Positions 1 through 12,381 of a stretch of DNA of 64,000 nucleotides are shown piece after piece (the stretch's first letter is position 1; each line of letters starts with the position of its first letter). The stretch lies in contig JAKMXF010000307.1 of NCBI GenBank assembly GCA_024704765.1, forward strand, positions 1 through 64,000, written 5' to 3'. Position numbers and translations under genes: made by a program. Below the pieces are notes generated by a model that was not told the origin of the DNA, did not search any database, and was given only the letters and a program-made list of their open reading frames with translations. The DNA is from Oopsacas minuta (Eukaryota > Animalia > Porifera).

Positions 1-199
1 ATAGTATAGTATATTACTGTTACTACTACTAAGAGAATGTATTATGTTATTTGTTTGTATGCTACATATACGTATTGTACTGTTAAATTTATGGTTTGAC
101 TTATTAAAATCTATTATGTTGACTTTTAATATTCTAATATTAAATAAATCAGGCCGCGTGTGGTAAATCATTTAAACTGATGACTAATAATTAACTAGG

Positions 200-600
200 A
201 GCGCAGTAGAATCACACCTATAGATAATACATTATACTTTGAAAGTCGATGGTAATCACAATCCATGCCATTGCCCTAGTATATAGAATGCTATGCTATC
301 ACATACCCTGAAATGACGAATGATTCTATCCATTATGGTTGCCATTACCATCTCTGTTTTCAACTCCTCCTGAACCTATTGAACAAACTTCCTAATATTT
401 TCATCACCATCAGCGATTGCCAATAGCACTCTGTTTTCTACACCAGGAGTAATGTCAAATTCTGAGGTTGATATAAAAGAGTTTAGTTTATGGATGGGTT
501 AATTCAACCTGATTTATGCTAAAAGCTGCACTTGTAGAGAGTAAATAGTACAGTCAAATACTTTGCAGAAGAGTATGTATCTTGATCTTGTTTGTAACTA
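200..600 (-). pseudogene. Degenerate coding remnant of an unidentified family (paralogue of 8640-9280)
   Basis: Minus-strand translation gives ...IMDRIIRHFRVCDSIAFYILGQW. Bases 268-295 match 8803-8830 at 25/28, and that copy translates ...WILRIFDFESTLCQSIAFYALRQW. No family recognised; boundaries approximate. Confidence 0.25.
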
Positions 601-1129
601 TTTCACTTCAAGACAAATGAAGGGAAATTTACGGCATCGAGTACTAAATTATATTGACGGTATTTCCTACGTGCAGTGCGTAGCTAGGGGGGCACGTGAC
701 AGCCGTAAGGATTTAGTATGCTGTTAATTTTCAGTAATAGCTAAAGTTGGGAGCACAGGAGGCACATAACTACTACCCGTCAGGATTGAATAATGTTCTA
801 ATTGTTTAAACGTTTGACCATTTTCTAGTGAAATTTCCAAAACTGACCTTCAAATTCCCGGATATTTCGGGAATGTATAGATATTCTTGCTAAAAGCTGG
901 CCGCTGACAAGTTATTTCAATCGTAACACTTCGGGCGTATTTGGTTTAGTATTTAAATTCATACACAAGTGATTCCTATGAAACTATTAACTATTTATCT
1001 CATTAAATATTCATTTTTAGTCTTCATGATTTCACAATGAATCAATCCATCACATCTTCTGTTAATGGTAGGTAGCATATCTCTGTATATAGCTAATAGA
1101 GAAATACGGGGCGCATGCATTAGGTCGAA

Positions 1130-2870
1130 TACTGATGTTGCCGATAGATCGAATTTATTTCAGCTTTGATTTGCCATATAGTCAACTACATGTTAGTACG
1201 TACATGTATTAGAATAGTGAACTATTTTAGTGACATTTTTTTTGGTTTCGCGTGGAAAGGTAAACAAATAGACGTAGGTACAAAGTAATGGAGAACAAAA
1301 CGTATTTCCGATGCGTACTTAATTAGAAACTCTGTAAAGGGACGAGTATATTGAACAACGAATCGAAACTAGTCACTCCTAAATCACCCCATAATCATAC
1401 AGTCGAAGAATACAATTCAGAGGTGCATGAATTGAAAGCCAAAAGCAAGAATATGGCCTAAAGCATGCATGGAAGCTTAAGGGAAATATTTGACGGTACA
1501 ACTAGGAATAGTTTAGCTGCATCTGAAATATTATTCATAAAGTTGAATCTTCCATGTATCATGCTAGGAGGAGGATGCAGCCCAAGATCCCTCTGACAGC
1601 GGAAGAGTTCTCTCAAGTATTACCAGGTTCTATTGATAATGCAACAGCTGTCGTTTTGGCGTCACAAACAAATGGTGAATTTCTTGTCTGAAGTTATTCA
1701 TATCCAATTTTATGGGACTTTCTACACCGTTCCACTTCAATTTTATCAATTGTGGACAATAGTTATCACTGTTTGAACAAAATCCTTTCCAGGAATCCAT
1801 TGTTTGATGACCTCAAAATAGGAGAGGCTTTATAAATCTATTTTAGATTGTATATGTTCTAAATTTCCTTACTTTCGACCTAAAATGGCAATATCTGATT
1901 GGGAAATAGCACCACGCAGAGTTTTTAAAAGCAATTATCCTGAAATAAAATCTGTGGGTGTTGGTTTCATTTCACAAAAAGGATTTGGGCCAAAATTCAA
2001 AAGACAGGCTAAACAAAAGGTTTCAAATCTAAGGCTGGAATATCCCAATAAACAAGAACATTACTGTCAATACCTTTTCTTCCAGCATCACTTATCAATT
2101 CTACATTTGATCTTTTACTGCAACCTATTGTCTCAGACTTTGAAAGGCCATAACTTGAAATGTTATCTAAGTATTTCAAAAAAAGATGGATATTGCAAAT
2201 ACATCCGAAAGAACTTTCTGCTTTTGATACTCAAACGACGACAAACAACGCTGAAAGCTACCACGCAAAGTTGAGGCAATTGTGAAGACTTCTAATCCAA
2301 GAATTTGAAAATTCCTTTCTACATTGAATAATATAATCGAAGACACAGATAATGATATAGACAGATGAAGACTTGGTAAATTATATCCAGGCCTCCAAAG
2401 AGAAAATATATACTAAAATCAAAGCAGCGAGAGGATTATAAGCAAAAATTCAAGATGGCATATTTACACCTCTACAATATCTAGCAGCAATCAGTAAAAA
2501 CATTGGAACTAGTGACATAGTTTCTCTTGAGACACAGCGTCGGATACTTCAGATGGTAATCGTGGTGGTGATGAAATGGCAGCAAATCCAGGAATTTGTA
2601 CAATATACCTGGGACCGCGCACAGAAACGTGTGTATTTCTGCCATGCAGACACGCAACCTTTTGCACAACTTGCAGTAATACGATTGAGCAATTAGGCCA
2701 ATCCTGTCCAGTGTGTTGTTGCCTGATCATGACAAAGCAAAATTTAAATATTGGCAAATGGAAAGATTAGACAAGTACAAATAATGCTATTTACAATTTT
2801 ATTATTACATGCAAGCGTAACGAGCAAAATATCTGAAATTACGATCTGTGCCGAATGCTAGTTCATCAAT
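1130..2870 (+). mobile_element. Mutator-like (MULE) DNA transposon, degenerate
   Basis: Contains a MULE transposase pseudogene. The ends show weak inverted similarity (tgatg..agatcg..atttcag..tttgc near 1133-1175 vs 2824-2858). No TSD recovered; boundaries approximate. Confidence 0.6.
1270..2770 (+). pseudogene. MULE transposase pseudogene: FLYWCH-like finger + DDE core + C-terminal RING finger
   Basis: Frame-hopping translation gives YFRCVLN*KLCKG...HNH (FLYWCH-like), then FYGTFYTVPLQFYQLWTI, AISDWEIAPRRVF..CWFHFTK, YFKKRWI..TNNAESYHAKL and TPLQYLAAIS. It ends with CTIYLGPRTETCVFLPCRHATFCTTCSNTIEQLGQSCPVC (ORF 2576-2770, zf-C3HC4_3-type RING). Confidence 0.85.
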
Positions 2871-3597
2871 TAGAGTGGCATTATTCATTGGAGGCACTGT
2901 AGTATGACAGATCTACTACCATTACAGTTTTACTACCTCTATTACTGGTACCATGGATACTCCATATCCATGACAGAGTTACTACCTTACATGACAGAAT
3001 TATTACCCTTTGATCATGACATGAAATCGTATAACTCAACTCTTAGATCTTTTCACACTAATAATAATGCATTTTAATGGTTTCTTTGTTTCTGCTCTAG
3101 AGTTTTATTAATAGCAATATGTCTACTCACTTCATTTATTTCGAAATTGTTACTTTACTAAATATGATAGCAATATATATTCTAAAATATAATATGAATT
3201 TGATGAATTACTGGAGATACGTTAGACAATTAATTGACCATCCGGACAATACCAAGAAACACAACTTATGAAAGTATAGTAGGTCATCCACTTCTCAATG
3301 ATCATCGTACACTAAAAACTGTCGGTGTCAAAATATGTAATACAGTGGAATCCGCTTAATCGGGACTGCTCGGGAGTCAATGTTTTGTCCCGATTAATCG
3401 ATTATGATTTATTTAAGTACGAGCCTTTGGCTCGTCGCTTCTCGATGAACTCGGCACACTGCGCCTCGAGGTATTCAACGGACAAACAAACAGACCAACA
3501 ATTGAGATTGAATAATATTGATTTTGTTTGCAATATTCAGACTCAGCATACTCGATTCCAGTGTACTCGTTAAAGTATGATTCGACCTTAATGTTGA

Positions 3598-3784
3598 AAT
3601 TTGTTTACTTTATATTCATATAAACAACTATAAATTTACATATGAGAAACTTGAAAATGCGAAATTCGGATTCAGCGTACTTAGTTACCCTTGGATAGCC
3701 GTTTAGAGCAAGCCTGTATGTATATTTTGAGATTTGGCTAATTTGTTTACTGTATATTCATAAAAACAACAATAAATTTACATA
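3598..3784 (+). repeat. About 142-bp tandem duplication; the second unit is split by the pogo insertion and resumes at 6353
   Basis: aatttgtttact(t/g)tatattcata..aacaac..taaatttacata occurs at 3598 and 3740. The unit-1 continuation tgagaaacttgaaaatgcgaaattcggattcag matches tgattaatctaaaagtgtgaaaatcggattcag after 6354. Confidence 0.7.
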
Positions 3785-6352
3785 CCGTACAATGGGGGTA
3801 CTTTGACCCATTATTCCAAGTTAATCAATGTATCTAGTTAAACAATACCTTTGAATATTGTATTTTTAGATTATTTTTTCTTGTTGGCATGTAACATGTT
3901 TCAGTAATACATTAGCTAAGCTTTTGTGTACTACTAACTAGTTTATCTAAAATTTATGTCGGGCCAAAGCTAAATTTATCTTGGGGTGAAATTGTCCTGC
4001 TATGTTCAACTCGTTGGAATATGAATATTTCATATAAAGACGATAAAAATACTAAATTATATAAAGGTATAAGGGATGAAATTAACATGGGTATACTTCA
4101 TACTTTATGTTCTAACACACATTCCATTCTAATCATGTCCATCGGTGATCCAATTCCGGGACCTTATACATCCCTCTGCTATTGACTAAGTCTGGGTCTT
4201 GAATCGTCATTTTTATTTCGCTCCACGGATAAAATATTTCATCTTTTTTTTCCGGCCACTTCCAGTACTTTCCATATTTTATCATTACGTTAACCACTGC
4301 CCCTTTTACGTCCAGCACCTCTACTATACCTGGAAATAGTTCGCTTTCATATTGAACAACTACATGAGAGCCCACTTTGGTTTTCAAATGTTTTGTGGTT
4401 GCCACTGTTATCTCTTCTAGTTCCATATCTGAATCCAAAACCTCCTTGTTCTTTACAGTAGTCTCTTCTTGGTCCTTCATCATATCAGACATGTCAGTGA
4501 GGATATTATCTCCACAAACACAATCTCTCTCTACTCCGAGTTCGATATTTTCCTCTGTTACACTCTTCCCAGGTGTAACATTTAATCTCCTTTTTTTCTT
4601 CTAGGTTCTTTAGCTGTATCTGTACGGAGCTCACTTAATTTTTCTAAAAACTAGAACTAATAAACTCAAGATCATCCCTTTTATGAGGGAGTCTAGATAG
4701 AACCTGACCTCTATCTAATGGGTATATTCCTGCCTTCCTAAAACCTGAAATTATATTGTCAGCTGCCTTTCCCTCTATAGATTCGTGAAGTTGTTTTAAT
4801 TGCCTGGGAAATTGATCCTTTGACATCACTGAAGATTGTGTAGATGTATTCAATTTCCAGGCTGTTAGAACTTTCCGCCAATTTAGCTTTAGAGGTTTGT
4901 AGAAAGCAATATCCAATGGCTGTGTAAGATGTGTTGAGTTGGGTGGGAGACAAACAAAAGCTATTAGGTTTTCTTTACAGGAATTTATTACTTCCCAGCT
5001 CATATGTGATGAGAAATTATCTCCTAATAAGACCTTATTCCCTTCCTGGCGTTTGAGCTTTGGTAAAGCTAGTTGGAAAAACCAATGGTCAAATATAACA
5101 CTATCAACCATCCAGACTTGCTTCTATTGTATCTAGTGCCAGAAGGCCCTCCCTCCGTCCAGGTGCTCCATAAGCGTTCTGCCTTGTAAACCACATAAGG
5201 GGGAAGTAATTCTCCCATAGCATTTCCACAGTACATTAAACTCGTAGATACTTTAGATGTATTTACGTAATATCCGTTGTGGATATTTACAACCCCTTCT
5301 GCATATTACTTTCTTTGTACCTGGGTCGTCAGTTAAATTCGTCTCATCGTAGTTCCATATATTCGATGGTTGGATAGAATCTAGTTCCTTTGACATGTGA
5401 TTAAAGAATTGATTTATTGTTTCAGAAGAAAGAGAAGCTTTTGTTTTGTTGATATTTGAAGAAAATCTGAGAGAGATATTTTTATTGCGTTTTAGAGAAC
5501 TACGGATCCATTCAATTTCTGGCATGCTTTGTTTGAATCTAAGTTCTGTGTATCCAGGTTTATCCAAATAGGATTAAACAATATACCTCAGATCATACGT
5601 GTCAAGAGGAAACCCATAATCATTCATTACTATGCAATACTGTACAATTGCATTTTCGGCTTTGTCTGTCAAAGCTTTGTGTCCACCAAATGGTAACCTA
5701 TGCTCCCCCTTCAGCTTGTATTTTAAGGTGCTTCTTGGGATCTTAAAATGCTTAGCTGCATTTCGCTGAGTTATCTTTTTTGCACGAATTAATTTCAAAG
5801 CAGAGTCTAATTTTTCTGTAGAGTAGTCTCTGTATGTCCTACTGCTTGAAGCCCGTTTATATTCACGTGGCATTGCTAATTGTGGTCTATTAAATTTAAA
5901 CATTTTATATTGATAACATATTCCATTGTGGGGCCAACCCACCCCAAATTTTCGACAAAATGATGATTCTCAATATTACACATATAATACAAATGTAACA
6001 GTACGCACTTGTTTGTTGTTTGAATAAATATTACTTTATTATGGTATACGATGGAAAAACTTGACTGAACAATGTGCATAATGATGTCCTTCTTCGAAAA
6101 ATTCCAAAGAAGTTCTAAATATAATTACTTAGTTGACATATGACTCTAAATACTTAAATGAATGAAACAATGATTCATAAGATGTCAACACCTTCTGAAT
6201 CAAAGTGATTATATTGATATATGTCGAATGTTACTTTTGATTTTTAGCCAAGGTATTAAACCGCAATATTTAAAACTATTTGGCTATATTTCACTAAATA
6301 TTCTAAATGGGGCAAAGTAACCTCTTAGGGTCAATTTCGCCTCATTTTACGG
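3785..6352 (-). mobile_element. pogo-family DNA transposon, full length
   Basis: TIRs CCGTACAATGGGGGTACTTTGACCC and CCGTAAAATGAGGCGAAATTGACCC (reverse complement), TA on both flanks, internal pogo transposase. Confidence 0.92.
4133..5870 (-). pseudogene. pogo transposase pseudogene (HTH_psq, CENP-B HTH, DDE_1, extra C-terminal beta-rich domain)
   Basis: MPREY..RNAAKHFKIPRSTLKYKL (psq HTH), IWNYDETNL, LLGDNFSSH, LPPNSTHLTQPLDIAFYKPLK. Split over ORFs 5574-5942, 5253-5567, 4644-5111 and 4133-4492 by stops and frameshifts. Confidence 0.9.
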
Positions 6353-6742
6353 TATGATTAATCTAAAAGTGTGAAAATCGGATTCAGTTTCTTCGATATA
6401 TTTAGTGAAGTTTTATTGAATTCTATTTACTTCCTTGATAACACGATAAATACATAGTTATGCGACAATTTCAAAATTCCATACCGTAAATCCTTTCCTT
6501 GACAACGGACAAATAATCATTGAGATTTAATAATATAGATTCAAAACTAGTTTTCATGGTCTCAGATCATAACCAGAAATATCTTATTACACTACTACTA
6601 TATCCTGATTATATAGGGAGTGAGCAAAGTTTATAATCTTAGTTTGTGAATTGCAATTGTATCGGTATTGTATTGTTACGGTTGTAGAATATTAAAATAT
6701 CTAGTTTTAAAACCAAACCATATTATAATGATTCTTCATAAA

Positions 6743-7810
6743 TGTTGCAGTTTATGGACGTGCACACGGGGACGTTGCATGAGGTGCCTGAATTAGTTAG
6801 AATTTTGAAGTTGTCACAAGTTAGAATCGTTTTGAGACTACTACTGTCACAAGTTAGAATCGATTTTAAGAATATTAGGTTATCGTCACAGAAAAAGGAA
6901 TGATAACAAAGAAATTTGGGCCAGAAATTATTCTAGAAAAATTTGAAATCTACTCTGAATTGTAGAACGACAAACCGGACAAGGTTGTTCCAATTCTTCA
7001 AGCATTTCACTACATTCCCTGCAACAACAAATATGCCTACAAGGGTAAACGGAACATTCGCCTCAGGAATTTTCGTATCCTTTAGCGGTTTTAGTAGTGT
7101 TTCTTTGTTTTATAGAATAATAAAGAAGATGGATAATGTTGCGAAAGATCGATATAAAAGGTAGAAAGCACAAAAGGTGGTAGGAAGGGCAGGATTTATA
7201 AGATAGGACGGGATCATCACGGGATATTTCTTAGATTAGCTAGCAAAAAGGTTATATGAAGGGTTGATTGGGGATTTTAATGCTAGTCTAGATTCTGATG
7301 AATGTTTTGTTCTGATTAGCTATATAATGGTCTGGGGTGGGAGTATGTGTTTCATATAAGGGAGAAGATGATGGCTAGATTTCGAACTGTCATTATTGTT
7401 GCTAAAATCGACTGTAAGTGTCCAGGTCTTTTCATGTTTGGGAAATTGGGACCAGAAATATTTTTCGAATTTTTAGCGGAATAAGTAGTGTTTCTTTGTC
7501 TTATAGAAATGAAAAACAAGATAGACAATGATTCAAACGATCGATATATATGTAAGATAGAAAGGTACGAATATTCCAGATGCGAGATTTCTAAGAGACC
7601 ATATTTCCGAGACCAATTTCCGGATACGGAATTTCCTGAAACGAAAGTTCCGCCATTTCCTACAAGGCAGTCTAACTTGTGACAGTAGTATCAAAGAGAG
7701 ATTCTAACTTGTGATAGTAGCATCCAAAGAGATTCTAAATTGTGACACCTTCAAAATTCCAACTAATTCAGGTACCTCGTGCACACTAAGCACGTCCATA
7801 GACTGCAACA
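6743..7810. mobile_element. Ginger-like non-autonomous element (TGT...ACA ends, 4-bp TSD, about 130-bp TIRs)
   Basis: TAAA|TGTTGCAG...CTGCAACA|TAAA. The inverted arms 6743-6870 and 7670-7810 contain repeated tgtcacaagttagaatc units. Internal direct duplication at about 7070-7165 vs 7465-7565. Confidence 0.75.
6928..7044 (-). pseudogene. RING-finger C-terminal remnant inside the Ginger-like element
   Basis: Minus strand reads PCRHICCCRECSEMLEELEQPCPVCRSTIQSRFQIFLE*. This is the distal part of a zf-C3HC4_3 RING followed by a natural-looking stop; the first CxxC is missing. Confidence 0.8.
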
Positions 7811-8639
7811 TAAATATACAATCGTTTAATTGGGATGAAATCCCAATTAAGCGAATACAATGTTCATATTCGGTTAATCGGATAAGAAATCCTGAATAAC
7901 CGATATGAACATTCAAATATTTGGTTAATCGGGATAAATAATCCCCGATAAACCGATTCACTGTCCCAATTATCCGACGATTTTTCTATGTAAAAATCTG
8001 CTCCCAAATCATTGTCCCGTTTAAGCGGATATCCCGATTCAACGGCTTCACTGTAGTACGACCGTGTATCAAGTCAATCACTGGTTCAAACAACTTTCTC
8101 ATACATCCCATGTCAAACTAAATTCTGGTTTGGTACAACGAACTCAGTCCAATTTCTATATAAAAATACGTGGAAGAAAACAGTTCATACGAAAATGTAA
8201 AATTATCTTGTTCATGCCTGGTTATGTAATATAACTCGAGAGCAGAATCAAAGAAACCATTGAAAATGCATTATTATCAGTGTGATAAGAACTAAGAGTT
8301 GAGTTATTCGATTTTATGTCAATATCGTTTCAAAATGTACTATTAGGGTATGGAAAGTTGGGTATATACTATATGTGTGTAGGTTTGTCTGGCCGCAACA
8401 TTGAAGGATGTTAAGTTATGGATGAATATTGGCTCAAATATGCCACCCACGGTCACTACTATAACTCTGGAACGCGCGAACTTTATGATGACAAAATTTT
8501 GATATTTTGTACAGCAACATCCTTAGATTCTATGCTATAAATTTTGAAACCATAAATGTATTAATTTCGTCTCTACCTAGTTTCAAAACAGGGGCATTTT
8601 TCTGACATATTTGCTAACTAAGCAAACAGATGACGTCAT

Positions 8640-9280
8640 TTTGGCCTAATAATAGTTTGTAGATGTAGACTGTGAGTAATGTCAAGTATCAATAATATAT
8701 ATATTCGGGTCAAAATGTACCGTTTAAATTTATCGCAATATATCTCCATTATTTCCTTAGAACTGACTTGCCCAATCCCTGGTCCAAGTCCATTAATCAG
8801 CACCATTGCCTTAGTGCATAGAATGCTATGGACTGGCATAATGTGGATTCAAAATCAAATATTCGTAAAATCCATTGGTTTAGTTGCCCAAACGAATCTA
8901 AATTACCAAGAGACATCTTGTTTTACCCACTGGTTAAGAATAATTGGGAAGAAGTACAATCCGTCTACCTCATGTCAAAATATCATTCAACATGCCATTA
9001 GTACTTAGATCTAAATTTTCTTCTGAGCAGCTGCATTCTATTACTATTTCAACTACTGGTATGGATAATTGGAAGCCTAAGTCTTCTACTGTCGTAGCCC
9101 ACCGGAGATGTGGATCCATGTAGGCGTATAGATGGTTTGATTTCAGATTTTGTATGCTGGTTGTATAAGGCTTAAAAACAAAGTTGGTTGCGCCATCCAG
9201 ATAGTACCGGTACTTCTGCGATAATACTGGAGGTGATACGCGGCTTTTTGTTTAGTAGTCTGGGCACTGCTTTGTGCTTC
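8640..9280 (-). pseudogene. Degenerate coding remnant of an unidentified family
   Basis: An open stretch reads KYRYYLDGATNFVFKPYTTSIQNLKSNHLYAYMDPHLRWATTVEDLGFQLSIPVVEIVIEC, and a later frame reads CQSIAFYALRQW, shared with 200-600. Confidence 0.25.
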
Positions 9281-10713
9281 GAGTATGATGAAAATCTCAA
9301 AAATATTGAAATTCGGGAAATTTTGATATTTTTGTGAAGTCATGATGACATTATGATCTCATGATGAGTTAGTATTTAGCCAAAATCATGGCGTCAAGAC
9401 ATTTGGCACATTGAGGGGTACCTGTGATTCAAATTTTACATTTATATCCATTGCTTACTATATACACGGCTAGCTAAGCAAAGAATTGCCAATTAATTTC
9501 CAGGCCATTGACTAACTTCTGTTTGATCATGAAGAATTGCAGACATCATTACAAATTCAAGTAAAATAGGTTTTCACATCTGACGGAAATACTTAGAATA
9601 ATTTTGAGAATGATTTCTCAGTAAATTTGACCACAAGGACACAGCAAATTAAATTCTATATATGCTAATTGTACTAATTTTAAATGCATTTGCCTCAATT
9701 TTCCTGGAATTTAGTAAGAAATTTTATCTCTATTAACTTTCTAGTTTTATGATTATATAACATCGTTAAGACTTAGCTTATATTTGGTTCATTCAAACCG
9801 CAAGTGTAATAATTTGATGAATGACTAAATTGATAAAATTCTTTCACAATCATAAATCATTTCGAAACACTTATTCTACGTTTTACTACCAATACCCTAT
9901 TGCGTTAAATGTTCTCACACATGATAAATTTAGGGTTAAATTATAGCTTATCTTATGCATAATATAATATTTAGCACTCGATTCTAAATTAGAAATAAAA
10001 TTATTGATGCTCTGTTGTTGGTTGCAACTCTGGCTATAAGAATTGACCTGAAACCCAGGCTACAACTTTGCTCAGGACCGTCCTTTTCGTACAACTATAT
10101 TTTTGTACCGGAAGGTGACTCCTTTTTAATCCACGCTGGAGGTGATTTTGATCTCATAGACCTCGTGGAATAATGAGCAAAGCACTTTAGAACACTAAAA
10201 TCGGACTAAATTTCACAAAGTTACAATTATTTTACTATATATGCCAAAGTCTATGGGTATAAATGCAATAACTGAATGAAGACAAACTATACGCTATACA
10301 CGTTGTTCATATTCACTTTGCTTATGCATACTAGTCCACAAGACAAGCATTTCTATGGGTACTTATTTTATGTTATTTCTTCTATAATGTTTTACAAAGA
10401 GAGGTCATAAAACTAACTAACATAATACAAATATTTCGAGTTACACTCCATCATGTCAACAGACTCAGCACCTAGAGAGAAAATTCATGCAAAATGATTA
10501 TAATCTATCAGTTGCAATGGTTCATCACTAATTGTCAGTTATCACTTTTGAATGTCTATTATTTGAGGTTTATGCTAATTAAGGATTCTATTGTCCGTAT
10601 ATATGTGTCAACTCCTATAGATTTGGATATCATACCCACCCGTGTATCGTATTGTTCTTATATAATGGAGGAAGAGTATTTCTTTGAGACCTTGACTTTA
10701 ATACCAAATTCAT

Positions 10714-12381
10714 ATGAAATCTGCAAATAAACGGAAATATAATGAAGATTATATCAAATATGGATTTACATCCATACTTAAAGAGGGACGGGAACTACCA
10801 CAATGTGTAATATATTATAAGGTGTTATCTGAGGGCTCGATGATAGCAAGTTTTCAAAACGCCATTTATGCGGGTGCCACCCAAATCTTGCAGATAAGGA
10901 TATAGATTTCTTCAAGCACCAAGAGGTAGGAGTAGAGCGAATCCGTATAGATCACAGAAGACAATTGAGTCAACAGACACAAGCAGGTCTTCGTCCCAGT
11001 ATATGGTGGCTTTGCGAATCGCTCAAGAAAAGAAACCACATACTATAGCAGAAAAATCTTATACTTCCCTGTTGCTATTACATCGTGCACTGCATTTTGG
11101 GAAATAGCACCGAAAAGAAACTTGCCTCTCTCGAATGACACATTCAAGCGCCGAATTAAAGATATGGTAGATGATGTTGAGCAGCAGGTAGTTGCTGAAA
11201 TTTTGGGAGCCCCGTTGAACACGTTTTCAATTCAACTTGATGAGTCAACGGACGTTTCTAGTTGTGCACAACTACTGGTATTTGCACGATACCTCAAAGA
11301 CGGGGACTTTAAGGAAGAGTTCCTATTGTTCCATTGCTTGGAACACGACTACAAAAGGAGAAGATGTCTTCCAGCTGGTCTCTGATTGCTTTGATAGAAT
11401 GAGACTTACTGGAAGAATGTTTCTGCTTGCACAACAATTGGTGCTCTTGCTCTGATTGGAATTCATTCGGGATTCGAGCTCGAGTGATGATAGTGAATCC
11501 CGTTTCGAAACACAATCACTGTATGATATACTGATACGCTCTTGCGTCTAAAACACTTCCATCTGAACTAAACTTGTTTTTGATTATGTTGTCACCATGG
11601 TCAATTTTATCAAGTCCAGTGCTCTGAATACACGAGTGCTCCGTCTATTGTGCCAAGAATTAGATATTGACCATCAAAATTTGCTGTTCTATACTGAAGT
11701 TCGTTGGCTCTCACGAGGGATCATGCTCTCTCGCGGATATTCACTGAAAAACCAATTGCTTGAATACTACAGATCAGAGTATAGGTGCTCTCGTAAAGCC
11801 TCACCTCTTAGCATTGCGAAATGAATTTCAAACTTAATTCCCAGATCTGTGTGACCTGGACATGAAAATGATTCGAAATCCATTTAGATTCAATGTAAGT
11901 TCTATGCGAGACAGAGTCCAAGAGGAATTTGTTGAATTAGGCAATGATTCTAATGCCAGAGATACATTTGAAAAACTCGCACTCACAAAGCTCTGGTGCG
12001 AAATGAACTTGATGTATCCCAACGTGGTAGAGCAGTAAAAACTTGTTGATGTTTCCCAGTACTTACCTTTGTGAGCAAGGATTTTCAGCACTTACTAATT
12101 ATAAACACATTTTGAGCGCAGTTGTCTGTGGAAGCTGATCTCCGTCTGGCCCTTTCAAAAACGGTGTCACAAATTGATAGCCTGATACACAACATGCAAG
12201 CATTCCACTAATCAATTATGAACTTTATTTATATTGCTAGATTAGTAACAATTTTACTTTTCACAACTGGATAAAAGGGATTGTAAACCTAATATTTACA
12301 ATGCAGGCCATTTTAAGGGGTACATCAAATACAAGATCCTGCTTGAAGGGTACGCAACGAGAAAAGGTTTGAGAATCACTG
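10714..12381 (+). mobile_element. hAT (Buster/Charlie, ZBED5-like) transposon remnant nested in Merlin copy 1; left end not found
   Basis: KRKYNEDYIKYGFT..PQCV, FSIQLDESTDVSSCAQLLVFARY, YTEVRWLSRG. Right TIR aaaggtttgagaatcactg ends at 12381. Many frameshifts. Confidence 0.88.

Larger units (their letters stand above)
3343..8053. mobile_element. Non-autonomous pogo/Tigger-type element (about 1.1 kb when empty) hosting two insertions
   Basis: Left end TA|CAGTGGAATCCGCTTAATCGGGA; right end reverse complement TA|CAGTGAAGCCGTTGAATCGGGA. Subterminal aatcgg/ccgatt repeats at 7815-8050. Confidence 0.6.

Noticed and set aside
1885-2274. 129-aa ORF as an independent gene
   Set aside because: Only the first 20 or so residues are in the MULE frame; the rest is out-of-frame read-through after a frameshift.
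6805-7745. CRISPR-like array (tgtcacaagttagaatc units)
   Set aside because: Only 2-3 units per arm, spacers are very short and similar, and they are mirrored as part of TIRs; no cas genes.
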